Assembly: GCA_000004695.1 (NCBI GenBank)
Contig: CM000152.2
Span: 5,504,001-5,568,000, forward strand
Length of the DNA stretch: 64,000 bases
Direction: 5' to 3'
From: Dictyostelium discoideum
Lineage: Eukaryota
Numbering within the stretch: the stretch's first letter is position 1; each line of letters opens with the position of its first letter. Shown here piece after piece: positions 49,005-61,584 of the stretch. The position numbers were made by a program, and so were the translations under genes. The notes beneath the pieces are model-generated. The model had not been told where the DNA came from and did not search any database. It saw only the letters and a list, made by a program, of their open reading frames with translations.

Positions 49005-49805
49005 TTAATAATAATAATAATTAATAATAATAATAATAATAATAGTTATACTTTATTTATATATTATTAACTTGTATATAATATTTTTTTTATTATTTTT
49101 TTTTTTTTACCCTTTTTTTTAATAATTTTAATTAAACATTTAAAAAAAAAACAAAATCCATCAAAAAATTTTTATATGAATATTCATTTATTTTTATTTT
49201 TATTCTTTTATTTTATTTTTATTTTTATTTTTATTTTTATATTTTTAATTTATAAATTACTAACTTAAATATTGGATTTAAAAATATAGAAAGAAATGGT
49301 AACATTGAAGAAACAACAGAGGACCTTTTAAAAGGTAGAACAATAAAAAGATCAACAACTCCAACAAAGGGTGGTGGATTTAATTTAAAAAAAAGTTTTG
49401 ATTTTACTTCCCGTTCAAAATCCAAAAGTCCAAAACCAGATTTACAATTCGGAAGTGGTGAAAAATAAATAATGTATAAATAAAATAAACACTTGATTTG
49501 GACGAAAGAAAATCAAATGTTTATTTAAAATTCTTTGATTTTTTTTTTTTTTTTTTGTCCAAAAAAAGGTAAAACAGAATAAAGTTTATTTTAATTGTGT
49601 TTATTTTTAATTTTTAATTAAAAAATATTGTGTTTAGGTTTGGCTTATTTTTTATTTTTTTTTTTATTTTTAATTTTCACTTTAATTTTTTTTTTTTTTT
49701 TGGAATTGCGCCTTTTTTTCATATAAAAAAAAAAAAAATAAAATAAAAATAAAAAAAAATAGTTGAGGAAAACAAAACGAATAAAACTGTACAGATAAAA
49801 ACAAC

Positions 49806-51127
49806 ATGGAAATAGATATGGCAGATAAAACAAATAAATTTAAAACAGATATAGAAAGAAAACAGTTTGAAAGTTTACCTTGGGTAGAAAAATATAGACC
49901 AAAGAATTTAGATGATTTAATTGCACATGAAGATATTACACAAACAAGTAATGTTAACATTACATTAATAATGATTCACACCTTTTTTAATAATTATTTA
50001 ATAATTTACTAATAAATAAAAACAACAATAACAACAACCAACAATAATAATAATTATTTTATAAATAGTTACAAAATTAATAGATAATAATACATTACCA
50101 CATTTACTATTTTATGGACCACCGGGTACAGGTAAAACATCAACTATTCAAGCAATTGCAAGAAAATTATATGGTGATAATTACTCTAGAATGGTGTTAG
50201 AATTAAATGCATCTGATGATCGTGGTATTGATGTTGTCAGAGAACAAATTAAGACATTTGCAAGTTCAATGTTCTTTTTTAAGTATGAACTTTTTTCTTT
50301 CTTTTTTTTTTTTTTTAAAATTATAATTAAATATTAACAACAAAATAAAAAAATAAATAAATAGTACAACAGTACCATATAAATTAATTATTTTAGATGA
50401 AGCAGATTCAATGACAAATATTGCACAAACAGCATTAAGAAGAGTAATTGAAAAGTATACAAAAACAACTAGATTTTGTATAGTTTGTAATTATGTTATT
50501 AAAATTATACCTGCTTTACAATCAAGATGTACAAGATTTAGATTTAGTCCATTACCAACTCCACCAACTGAAATTAGATTAAAAGAAATTATTGAAAAGG
50601 AAAAGTAAGTTTTTAAAATATGTATATATAATTTGAAAAAATATCATATTAATTATTATTATTATTATTATTATACTAGTGTTAAAGTTGATAGTAAAGC
50701 AATGAATGCAGTATTAGAATTAGGATGTGGTGATATGAGAAAATGTTTAAATATATTACAATCAGTATCAATGTCTTCAATAGATAACAACATTACAGAA
50801 GAAGCAATCTATAAATGTACAGGTTATCCAATGCCATCTGATATTGAATTGATGGTTGATTGGTTATTAAATAGTGATTACGAAGAAGCTTTTCAAAATA
50901 TTAGTGATTTAAAAAAGAAAAAAGGTTTATCATTGAATGATATCATCGCAACACTTCAAAAATTCGTCGTTCAAATTGATTTGGATAATGTTATCCTTTG
51001 TAAATTATTATCTCATTTATCAGATATCGAATATAATCTATCAATTGGTTCCTCTGAGAAATTACAATTAGGTTCTTTAGTTGGTTGTTTTCAATTGTCA
51101 AGGGATGATGAATTATTACATAATTAA
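49806..51127 (+). CDS. rfc5: Replication factor C small subunit (RFC5 ortholog), 4 exons: join(49806..49947,50069..50282,50365..50604,50680..51127)
   Basis: The protein aligns to human RFC5. '[21 protein letters not shown]' is present. '[27 protein letters not shown]...[25 protein letters not shown]' is present. '[54 protein letters not shown]' is present. '[12 protein letters not shown]' is present. Donors are GTAATG, GTATGA and GTAAGT. The total is 348 codons. The boundary near 50604 is within 1 nt. Confidence 0.85.
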
Positions 51128-51258
51128 TTGTTTTTTAAAAAAAAAATAAATAAAAAAAAATAAATAAAAAGAAAAATAAAATAAAAATTAAAACAAAATA
51201 TATAAAACTTATTATAATGCTTTAAAAAACAAATAAATACATCCAAAATAAATTTAAT

Positions 51259-51289
<31 letters not shown>

Positions 51290-52335
51290 CAAAAAGTATA
51301 TCTGAAAAAAAAAGGAGAAAATCTTTTTTTTTATTTGTTTAAATTCTGAAAACTGGCTTGCCAACTAACATTGGGCTATTACAAAAATTTGATCTAAGAG
51401 CATCTGGTTGTGCGAATTTAATTCTCTAAAAATAAATAATAATTAAAATTTTGTTGATTGTTTTTTTAGGAATTATATTTAATGGTTTGTATAATATAAA
51501 TTTCTTACAATTGGGGTAATATTTTGTTGCATTTTTAATTTAGGAATATAGAAATAATAATTTTAAAATTGTAAAGAAATTTATATAAAATTTTTTTTTT
51601 AAAAGTGTGTTATTTTTTAAAAAAAAATTTCTAAGAAAATAATCAAGTATACTGTGATTATCTTATAATAAAAAAAAAAAAGTTTGATTTTTTAAATCCA
51701 AAGGAACCATCCAATTTCCAATTCAAAGAAATTTTTTTTTTTATCCAATCCACAAACCAAGCAAGTGGCATTTTGAGAAAAAACCTAATTTTTAAAGGGG
51801 TTTTTTTTTTTTTGAAAATATCCTTTTTTTATTAAATATTCCAGATAATCCAAACAACCAATAAAGATGGATGAAAGTCCTTCAAAACCTGATATTTTAT
51901 CAAATCTTTTTGTTTTATTGGTAATGTTTAAAATTAAAAAAAAAAAAAAAAGAGGAAAAAAAAAGAGGAAAAAAAAAGAGGAAAAAAAAAAAAATATTGA
52001 TATAGGCTAAATAGATTTTTCGCCATGTTATTTCAATAGTTATCAAGTTTAAAAAATACAAGAAAGAAGAGAGTAAGAACCAACACAGTAGGATTTGAAT
52101 TCAAATGGGTAATGGAGTATGGACCTTTACTATTTCTTTTAATTTTTTTTTTTTTTCTTTTTATTTAAAAAGTTTAATAATATAAAAATCATTAATATCG
52201 ATTGTTTTCAGATTTTTTATTATTATTTTTATATTATTGTTTTATTATTATTTTTTAATTTTGTTTTTATTTTTTATTTTTTTTTTTATTATTTTTTTTT
52301 TTTTTTTTTTATTATTATTTTTATTGTTTTTTTTT

Positions 52336-54732
52336 TTAATAATCATATTTATTTTCCCAAGATATATAGGATTTTTCAGTATAAAGTTGTTTAATACGTT
52401 GAGATCTTTTTGATTCAAATTGAATTTGTTCGATAATTTCTTTATTCTTTTTCTCTAATTGACTAACAATGAAATCATATTTTGGTTTAATATTGAATAA
52501 AAGCTTTCTTTCACGAATACCTCTATTATCCAAATACTTGATGAGGTCATCCAACTCCTTCTTACTAGAGTAGTATTCCCAACCACCATTTTCATTTTCA
52601 ACATAAATTTTACTTGGCAATTGATACCAATACCAATAGTTTCTATAGTTTCTATCTCTTCCAAGTGATTCTAAACGTGTGGAATATTTCTCCAACTTTT
52701 CATCTAAAATCTCTAATTTCTTTTCTAGCTTTTCGATTTCTTTTTCTACGACAGGAGTAATTGGTTTCTTTTGTTTAGCACCCTTTGGTTTTTTAACTTC
52801 TTGTTGTTGTTGTTCTTCATCATCTTCATTATTTTCATCATCATCCTCAGCAGCAGCGGCAGCATCATCTTGTTTTAATTGTTTTTCCTCTAAGATGATA
52901 CCTTTTTTCTCTTGTTTAACTTCATTACCCAATTCAACATTCTTTTCCAAATGTTTACGAATCTTTTCAGATGCGATAGTTTGTTTAACTAAATAAGCGA
53001 GAATGTAAATTCTTTCTTCAACAGAGAGTTTAAAATAATTCTTTTTCTTTAAAACTTTACAAATTGTATTTGCATCTGCAGATGTAATAATTTCATTTTC
53101 TTCTTTCCATTCTTCTTCACCTTCATCAGATGCAACTTCTTCTTCTTCTTCTTCCTCTTCTTCCTCCTCTTCTTCATTCTCTTCATCATCTTTTTTAGTA
53201 TCTTTAGTTCCATCATTATCTTTCATTTCAACATCTTTTTTAATTTCATTACCATCTTCATCTAATTTCATTTCATCGTCTTCATCATCAGAACCTGGTA
53301 ATTCATTTGCTAAATTTAACATTCTAATATTTTGTTCTTCCAATTGTTTTAATTTCTCTTGTTTCTCTTTTTCTTCGATTGCAATTCTTTTAACTTCATT
53401 TTGAAAGTATGCTCTGAGTGTTGCTAACCAATTACGATCGGTAATGGCTTTGCCACCAAAGGTTTTCTTTGGTGTTCCACTTGAATATGATGGTAAAGTG
53501 AAGATGGTTTTCATTAAACGAATATGAGATTCCACCAAGATATTGGTTTCTGTATGATGTTGAATTGCCATTTCAAAATCGTCCAATGGGAAAGGTGATA
53601 AGAGTAGCACCTTTTCAAAATGATTAAGAAAATGCCAGACCATTAAAAAGTCACCAAAAGTATTTGATAAACAAAAGAAATCTGAAGATGCAATTGGACG
53701 TTCATTTTCTTTACCTGTTTCTTCATTCTCTCGATCAACATCTTGATCCTCAATTGGATATTTTGGCCTCTTTCTCTTTCTTTCAGTTTCTGATTCATCA
53801 CTACTATCTAAATTATTATTACTATTACTATTACCATTACTATTACTGTTATCATTACTCTCAATATCTACACTTTCCTCTTCAGTATCTTCAAGTATTT
53901 CTCCATCTGCAATTCTTTTTCTTTTTAAATGTTGTTCAACCTCTTTCCTTACAGATGATGGTATTTTCAAACCCTCTAAATTATACTTTTTAATTAATTC
54001 TGGTTCAACCTCCCAAAAACCACCAAGATGTTTTGTTTTTTTTGCTACAGTTTTAATGGTATCTTTTACCATTGGTTTAAAGATTGGTGGTTCTCTCTTT
54101 TGGATATCTTTAATATTGATAATAAAGTTTTTACCTTGAGAATCAACATAAATTTTATAATATTTTTTAATTGAATCTAATTTCTTTCTTGGATCAACAT
54201 ATTTTCTAACTGATTTAGTATCACTATCTTTTTCTTTTTCTTTTTCTTTCTCTTTTTCTTTTTCTTTTTCTTTTTCTTTTTCTTTTTCTTTTTCTTTTTC
54301 TTTTTCTTTTTCTTTTTCTTTTTCTTTTTCACCTTTTTTATCAGAAGAGGTGTCACCATTGTTTTTTTCATCCTCTTCTTCATTTTCATCATCACTATAC
54401 AATTGTAATTTAATTTCTTTCTTTGGTATTGGTATTGCTGATAATGCATTGATTGAACTTGATGTTGTGGTGGTTGTTGTTGGTGGTGTAGTTGGTGTTG
54501 TTGTTGTTGTTGTTGTTGAAGAAGATGATGATGATTTCTTTTGTTGTTCATTATCTGATTGTTCATCAGATTCATTATAGTTTTCCAATAATTCTATGAT
54601 TCTTCCAGTATATTTAACATTTGCTTTTTTAAAAGATACAATTTCACCTGGATAATAATTCATCAATAAAAATTCATATAATTGATTTGTCATTTCTTCA
54701 AGTGTAATTTCCTCTATATTTTATTAAATTTT

Positions 54733-54777
<45 letters not shown>

Positions 54778-55347
54778 AGATTTATGATAAATAATAATAA
54801 TAATAATAATAATTAACTATATTTTTAAAATACTTTACTATATTGAATAAATTCTAAACAATGTGGTAATAATAATTCAGACACTTTTGAAACTTTTTCA
54901 GAAGCATTCTTTTCACTTAATAATGCTTCTTCAAATGTTAAATTTTGTTTACCTGTAATTGAACATGTCCAAATCTTTTGTCTATATAACTCATATCTAT
55001 CAATATAATCCCTAATTATTAAAATTTTAATTTTTTTTTTTTTTTATATTAAAGAAAAGGTTTAGTATAATAATAAAAATAATAAAATAAAATAATATAA
55101 TAAAATAAAATAATAATAATAATATAATATAATAAAAATTGAAAAAAAATAATAATAATAAAAAAAAAAAAAAAAAAAAAAATGAAAAATAAAATAAAGT
55201 AATATAAATATATATATATATAATAATACTAAATACATACTTATATCTTTTAAAATGTTCTTTTGTGAATTTAATAACGAAATATTCTTCACCAGATTTT
55301 ACTCTAGTTTTATTTAATTCAAAGGGATCTTTTCCATGAAGTGGCAT
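52336..55347 (-). CDS. ISWI-complex accessory subunit of the Itc1/ACF1 (BAZ1-like) type: WAC, DDT and WSD motifs, no PHD or bromodomain. 3 exons: complement(join(52336..54711,54834..55011,55241..55347))
   Basis: The WAC domain is split over two small 5' exons. 'MPLHGKDPFELNKTRVKSGEEYFVIKFTKEHFKRY|KDYIDRYELYRQKIWTCSITGKQNLTFEEALLSEKNASEKV...' matches Acf1 'MPLLKRKPF...FYCKETGEIFRDYEEYFERILLYNSRVWTCELTGKTGLTYEEALESEKKA'. The third exon continues with 'EITLEEMTNQLYEFLLMNYYPGEIVSF'. The DDT domain reads 'FGDFLMVWHFLNHFEKVLLLSPFPLDDFEMAIQHH'. The WSD-like segment reads 'NYRNYWYWYQLPSKIYVE'. Donors are GTATGT and GTATTT. Exons total 887 codons. Confidence 0.75.
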
Positions 55348-55699
55348 TTTTTCTCTTTTTTTAAAAAAAAAAAATTTATAAATATAAATAAATAGATATT
55401 ACTATATTATTGTTATTATTAATATTATTTTAACTGTTGGTGATCTGCTTAATTGTTTCGAAAATTAAAAAAAAAAAAAGAAAAAAAAAAAAAATTATGA
55501 AAAATTGAAAAATTTTGGATTCTTGTGTTAAAAGGGTTAAAAAAAAAAAAAATAGGTTTGGCGCCTAAGAAATTTTTTTTTTCCACAATTGTTTTGTGTT
55601 AAACAGTGTTGATCAAAAATTAAAAATAAAAAAAGTAAAAAAAGTAAAAAAAAAGTAAAAAAAAATAAAAAAAATAAAAATCATAAAATTTAAATTTAT

Positions 55700-57218
<1,519 letters not shown>

Positions 57219-57438
57219 ATCTTAAATTTTACTTCTCGATGAATTTGAACAAATAATTCATTTTCCCAAAAAAAAAAAAAAAAAAAAAAAAAATTTATTT
57301 TTTTTGTTTTTTGTTGTTTTGGTTCATTTTATTTTTTTTTTATTTTTTATTTTTTTTTTATGGAGGTGTGCGGGAAAAAATTAAAAATTCAAATTTAGAT
57401 GTTTTAATAAAAATATTTGAACACCAAAAAGAACCGAG

Positions 57439-59916
57439 ATGCCAAATAATGAAAATGAAGATTCAATTGTTTTATTACCATTAGATAGATATACAGTTGG
57501 AATTGACGAGTTTATTGGATTTAATGAATTTTATGATGATTATAAAAATAATAATTTTAATGAAAAAGATTCAATAATAAATGAATTATGTTATATGTCA
57601 ATTCAATTAATGGAAAAGTTATCATTAAAATTAGGAGATTGGATATTTATTGATGTTCAAAAACAACAACAAAAACAACAAAAACAACAACAACAACAAC
57701 AACAAAATAAACAATGTATTATATCAAAAGTTTGGACTTCAAGATATATTCAACAAAATTATTATATTCAATCAAATTCAAAACTAATATTAAACCAACA
57801 AATAAATGATGAAGAACAAGAACAAGAACAAGAACAAGAACAAGAACAACAAGAACAAGAACAAAATAAAAAACAAAACAAATCAATAAAATATCCAAGT
57901 TTTGTCAAAATTTATAAAGTTAATGAATTTGAAAATAATTTAAATAATGTTGATATTGAAATTATAGTTTCAAATAATAATAATAATAATAATAATGAAA
58001 ATATAAGAACATTATTTAGTAGTAAACAATTTATAAAGCAATTATTAATAAATAAATTAATATGTAGTGGAATGAATATATCACTTTATAATAATAATGT
58101 TAATTTAATTATAAAAAATGTAAATAATAATAATAATTTAAAAATTGGTTTAATTAGTCAATCAACAAAAATAAATATAATAATAATAACAAATGAAAGT
58201 TTATCATGTTTATACTCTTCAAATTCATCAAATTTATTAAATTTAAATTATAAAAATAAATTATTTAAAAAATTTAAATTAAATAATAATAATAATTTTA
58301 AAATTGGTGGATTAAATGAACAAATTAAATTATTGGAAGAAATGATGATTTATCCAATTTTATTTCCACAAGTTTTTAAAACTTTAAATATTGATCCACC
58401 AAAAGGAATTTTATTAAAGGGTCCACCAGGTACTGGTAAAACTCATTTAGTTAGGACTGTTTGTGATGCATATGATATTGAGATGATATCAATTGATTGT
58501 GCAAAAATCTCTGGTTCCTATATCGGTGAAACTGAAGAGAATTTAAGAAACATTTTTCAAGAAGCATCAGATAAATCAATTGCAAAATCAAATTCACCAA
58601 TTGTTGTATTCATTGATGAAATCGATACTATTTGTCCACCAAGATCTAAATCCACTCAAAACGAGTCACGTGTTGTTGGCCAATTCTTGACGTTACTAGA
58701 TGGTATTGGTGCTCGTAAAGGTAATTTAATTATAATAGCAGCTACGAATAGACCAAATCAAATCGATAATGCACTTAGAAGACCTGGTCGTTTAGATAGA
58801 GAAATTGAGATACCAGTACCAAACAAACAACAACGTTTAGACATTCTAAAATTATATTGTTCAAAATTACCAATCTCACCAACTCCTTCCAATTTATTAG
58901 ATCAAATAGCTGATGAAACCGTTGGTTATGTTGGTGCAAATATTCAATTCCTTTGTAGAGATTCTGCATTTATTGCATTTTCAAAATATAATTTATTAAA
59001 GTATCAAAATAATGAACAAAATGAAAATGAAAATGAAAAAAAATACCTTATTGAAATTGAAGATTTTAGAGAATCAATTAAAAATAATCCAGCATCAATT
59101 TTAAAAGGTGAACATTTAGTTGAGAATATTAGTAATGTAAGTTGGGATGATATAGGTGGTTTGGATGATATAAAAGAAGAATTGAGACAAGCTATAGAAT
59201 GGCCAAATCTTTACAAGGAGTCATTTGAAAAGTTTGGATTATCACCACCAAAAGGTATCATTTTGTATGGTCCACCAGGTTGTTCAAAAACTACACTGGT
59301 CAAAGCAGTGGCATCAAGTTCGAAATTATCATTTCTATCACTAAGTGGTGCAACTATTTTTTCACCTTATTTAGGTGACTCTGAACAAACAATTAGGGAT
59401 ATTTTTAAAAAGGCCAGACAAACAACTCCATCAATACTATTTTTCGATGAAATTGATGCAATTGTTTCAAAAAGAAATCTTTCAGATAATTCTAGTGGTG
59501 ATAATGCACAGTCAAGAGTGTTGTCAACATTTTTAAATGAAATGGATGGTGTTGAACAATTGAATGGTGTAATTGTAATTGGTGCAACCAATAGATTAGA
59601 TATGATCGATAATGCATTACTCAGACCTGGAAGATTCGATAAAATATTGGAAATCAAATTACCAGATCAATTATCAAGATTAAAAATTTTAAAAATTAAA
59701 ACAAAATCAATACCACTCTCAGATAATGTTAATTTAATTGAAATCTCAAATTTAACAAATGGTTTCAGTGGTGCTGATCTTGAAAATCTGTGTAGAGAAG
59801 CTTCATTTCAATCTTTAAGAAGAGATTTATTAAATGGTTTTGTTGAAATGTATGATTTTTTAAATTGTTTATCAAAAATTAATAATCAATCAAAAAATTT
59901 AGAAAATAAAATCTAA
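57439..59916 (+). CDS. Cdc48-family type II AAA ATPase with an N-domain and two canonical AAA domains (AFG2/SPATA5-like)
   Basis: Single 825-aa ORF. D1 has '[19 protein letters not shown]' and 'VVFIDEIDTICPPR', then 'IIIAATNRPNQIDNALRRPGRLDREIEIPVPN'. D2 has 'GIILYGPPGCSKTTLVKAVA' and 'ILFFDEIDAIVSKR', then 'VIGATNRLDMIDNALLRPGRFDKILEIKLP'. The N-terminal region of about 300 aa contains poly-Q and poly-N inserts. Confidence 0.75.
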   Translation: MPNNENEDSIVLLPLDRYTVGIDEFIGFNEFYDDYKNNNFNEKDSIINELCYMSIQLMEKLSLKLGDWIFIDVQKQQQKQQKQQQQQQQNKQCIISKVWTSRYIQQNYYIQSNSKLILNQQINDEEQEQEQEQEQEQQEQEQNKKQNKSIKYPSFVKIYKVNEFENNLNNVDIEIIVSNNNNNNNNENIRTLFSSKQFIKQLLINKLICSGMNISLYNNNVNLIIKNVNNNNNLKIGLISQSTKINIIIITNESLSCLYSSNSSNLLNLNYKNKLFKKFKLNNNNNFKIGGLNEQIKLLEEMMIYPILFPQVFKTLNIDPPKGILLKGPPGTGKTHLVRTVCDAYDIEMISIDCAKISGSYIGETEENLRNIFQEASDKSIAKSNSPIVVFIDEIDTICPPRSKSTQNESRVVGQFLTLLDGIGARKGNLIIIAATNRPNQIDNALRRPGRLDREIEIPVPNKQQRLDILKLYCSKLPISPTPSNLLDQIADETVGYVGANIQFLCRDSAFIAFSKYNLLKYQNNEQNENENEKKYLIEIEDFRESIKNNPASILKGEHLVENISNVSWDDIGGLDDIKEELRQAIEWPNLYKESFEKFGLSPPKGIILYGPPGCSKTTLVKAVASSSKLSFLSLSGATIFSPYLGDSEQTIRDIFKKARQTTPSILFFDEIDAIVSKRNLSDNSSGDNAQSRVLSTFLNEMDGVEQLNGVIVIGATNRLDMIDNALLRPGRFDKILEIKLPDQLSRLKILKIKTKSIPLSDNVNLIEISNLTNGFSGADLENLCREASFQSLRRDLLNGFVEMYDFLNCLSKINNQSKNLENKI

Positions 59917-60222
59917 AAATAAATTAATCACTCAATAAAAAAAAATAAAAAAAAAAATAAAATAAAATAATTAAAAAAACGAAAACAATTAAATTTTATT
60001 TTTTTTGAATTATTTTTTTAATTTTTCGTTTATTCGTTTTTTTTTTTTTTTTTTTTTTCGAAAGTTGCGACTATAAAAATTTTTTTATTTTTTTTATTTT
60101 TCTTTTTTTTTTTTTTTCATTAAATACACTTTATCTTTCATTCTTATTTATTTTTTTTTTTTTAATAAAAAGAAGAGCGTGAAGCATATTTTCTATAGTA
60201 TACCACTTATATTTTATTTAAA

Positions 60223-60709
60223 ATGGTAATGTATTTAATAATAATTAAAAATTTTACACTTTATTTTAAAATTAACATATTATTAATTTATTTATTTAAT
60301 TTTTTTATTATATATAAAATAGGCCGATTCTTCAAATAACGAAAAAGCTAAACCATTAGCTGATAGCAAACTTACTCTTACCATTTTGGATCTTATTCAA
60401 CAATCAAACAATTTAGGCCAATTAAAGAAAGGTGCTAACGAATGTACCAAAGCCGTTTCACGTAGTACTGCTGAATTTGTTGTTTTAGCCGCTGATGCTG
60501 AACCATTAGAAATTTTATTACACATTCCATTATTATGTGAAGATAAGAATATTCCATACGTTTTCGTTTCAAGCAAATCCGAACTCGGTAGAGCTTGTGA
60601 TGTTTCAAGACCAGTTGTTGCTTGTGCTGTTACTGTCGATGATAAGAGTCAATTGAAATCTCAAATCACTAACGTTAAAGATTCATTAGACAGATTATGG
60701 ATCGTTTAA
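60223..60709 (+). CDS. snu13: Snu13/NHP2-like protein 1 (15.5K, L7Ae family), 2 exons: join(60223..60225,60323..60709)
   Basis: The ATG is followed immediately by a GTAATG donor. The acceptor is aaaatag at 60322. Exon 2 reads '[103 protein letters not shown]'. It is near-identical in pattern to human SNU13 '[35 protein letters not shown]...[49 protein letters not shown]'. Confidence 0.85.
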
Positions 60710-60783
60710 ATTCGATTCATTTCATGTATTTTTTTTATAATACAAATGTGTACATATATACATCAAAATTATCTAAATTTTAA

Positions 60784-60818
<35 letters not shown>

Positions 60819-61414
60819 AAATAGATAATAATTTTTTTGTATTATTTAAATAATATCAGCTAAAATTAGTTTATTTCAACCACCCTTTTTTTTGAAATGG
60901 ATTTTTTTAAAATAAAATTAAACTTTAAAAAAAAAAAAAAAAACAAAACCTTTCCGATTTATTCTATTTTTAAAAATATCCTTTTATTTTTTAATTTTTT
61001 TTTTAATTTTATTTTTTTTTTTTTTTTATTTTTTTTTTTTTCCAATATTCAAATAAAATTAAATGAAAGAAAAATATTATATATATTAATTTATTATTAT
61101 TGCCCCATCTTTAACCCACCTCATTGTACAATTTTTGGAAAAGAGTGGGTAGTGTATTGAATAATAAAATTGAAACCTTTCATTTTTCATTTATTTTTTT
61201 TAATTTCATTGTGTGTTTGGATTAATTTTTTTTTTTTTTTATTATTTTTTTTTTTATTATTTTTTTTTTTTTTTTAATATTTTTTTTTTTATAATTATTA
61301 TTTTTTTTTTTTTTTTTTCATTTATCTATTCAACAAACTTTCGAACACCACTACCAATTCCTCTTTTTTTATATTTGTAAAAATTGTGTGAATGTTTTTT
61401 TAAAATACAATTAT

Positions 61415-61450
<36 letters not shown>

Positions 61451-61584
61451 CCTTTATATTAAAATATAGTTTTTTAAGAATTGGTATTTATATATTAAAA
61501 TATAGATTATAGATTTTATAACAAATCCATTTTTTTATTATATCTTTTTTTTTTTTTAAAAAAATAAAAAAAAAATAAAAAAAA

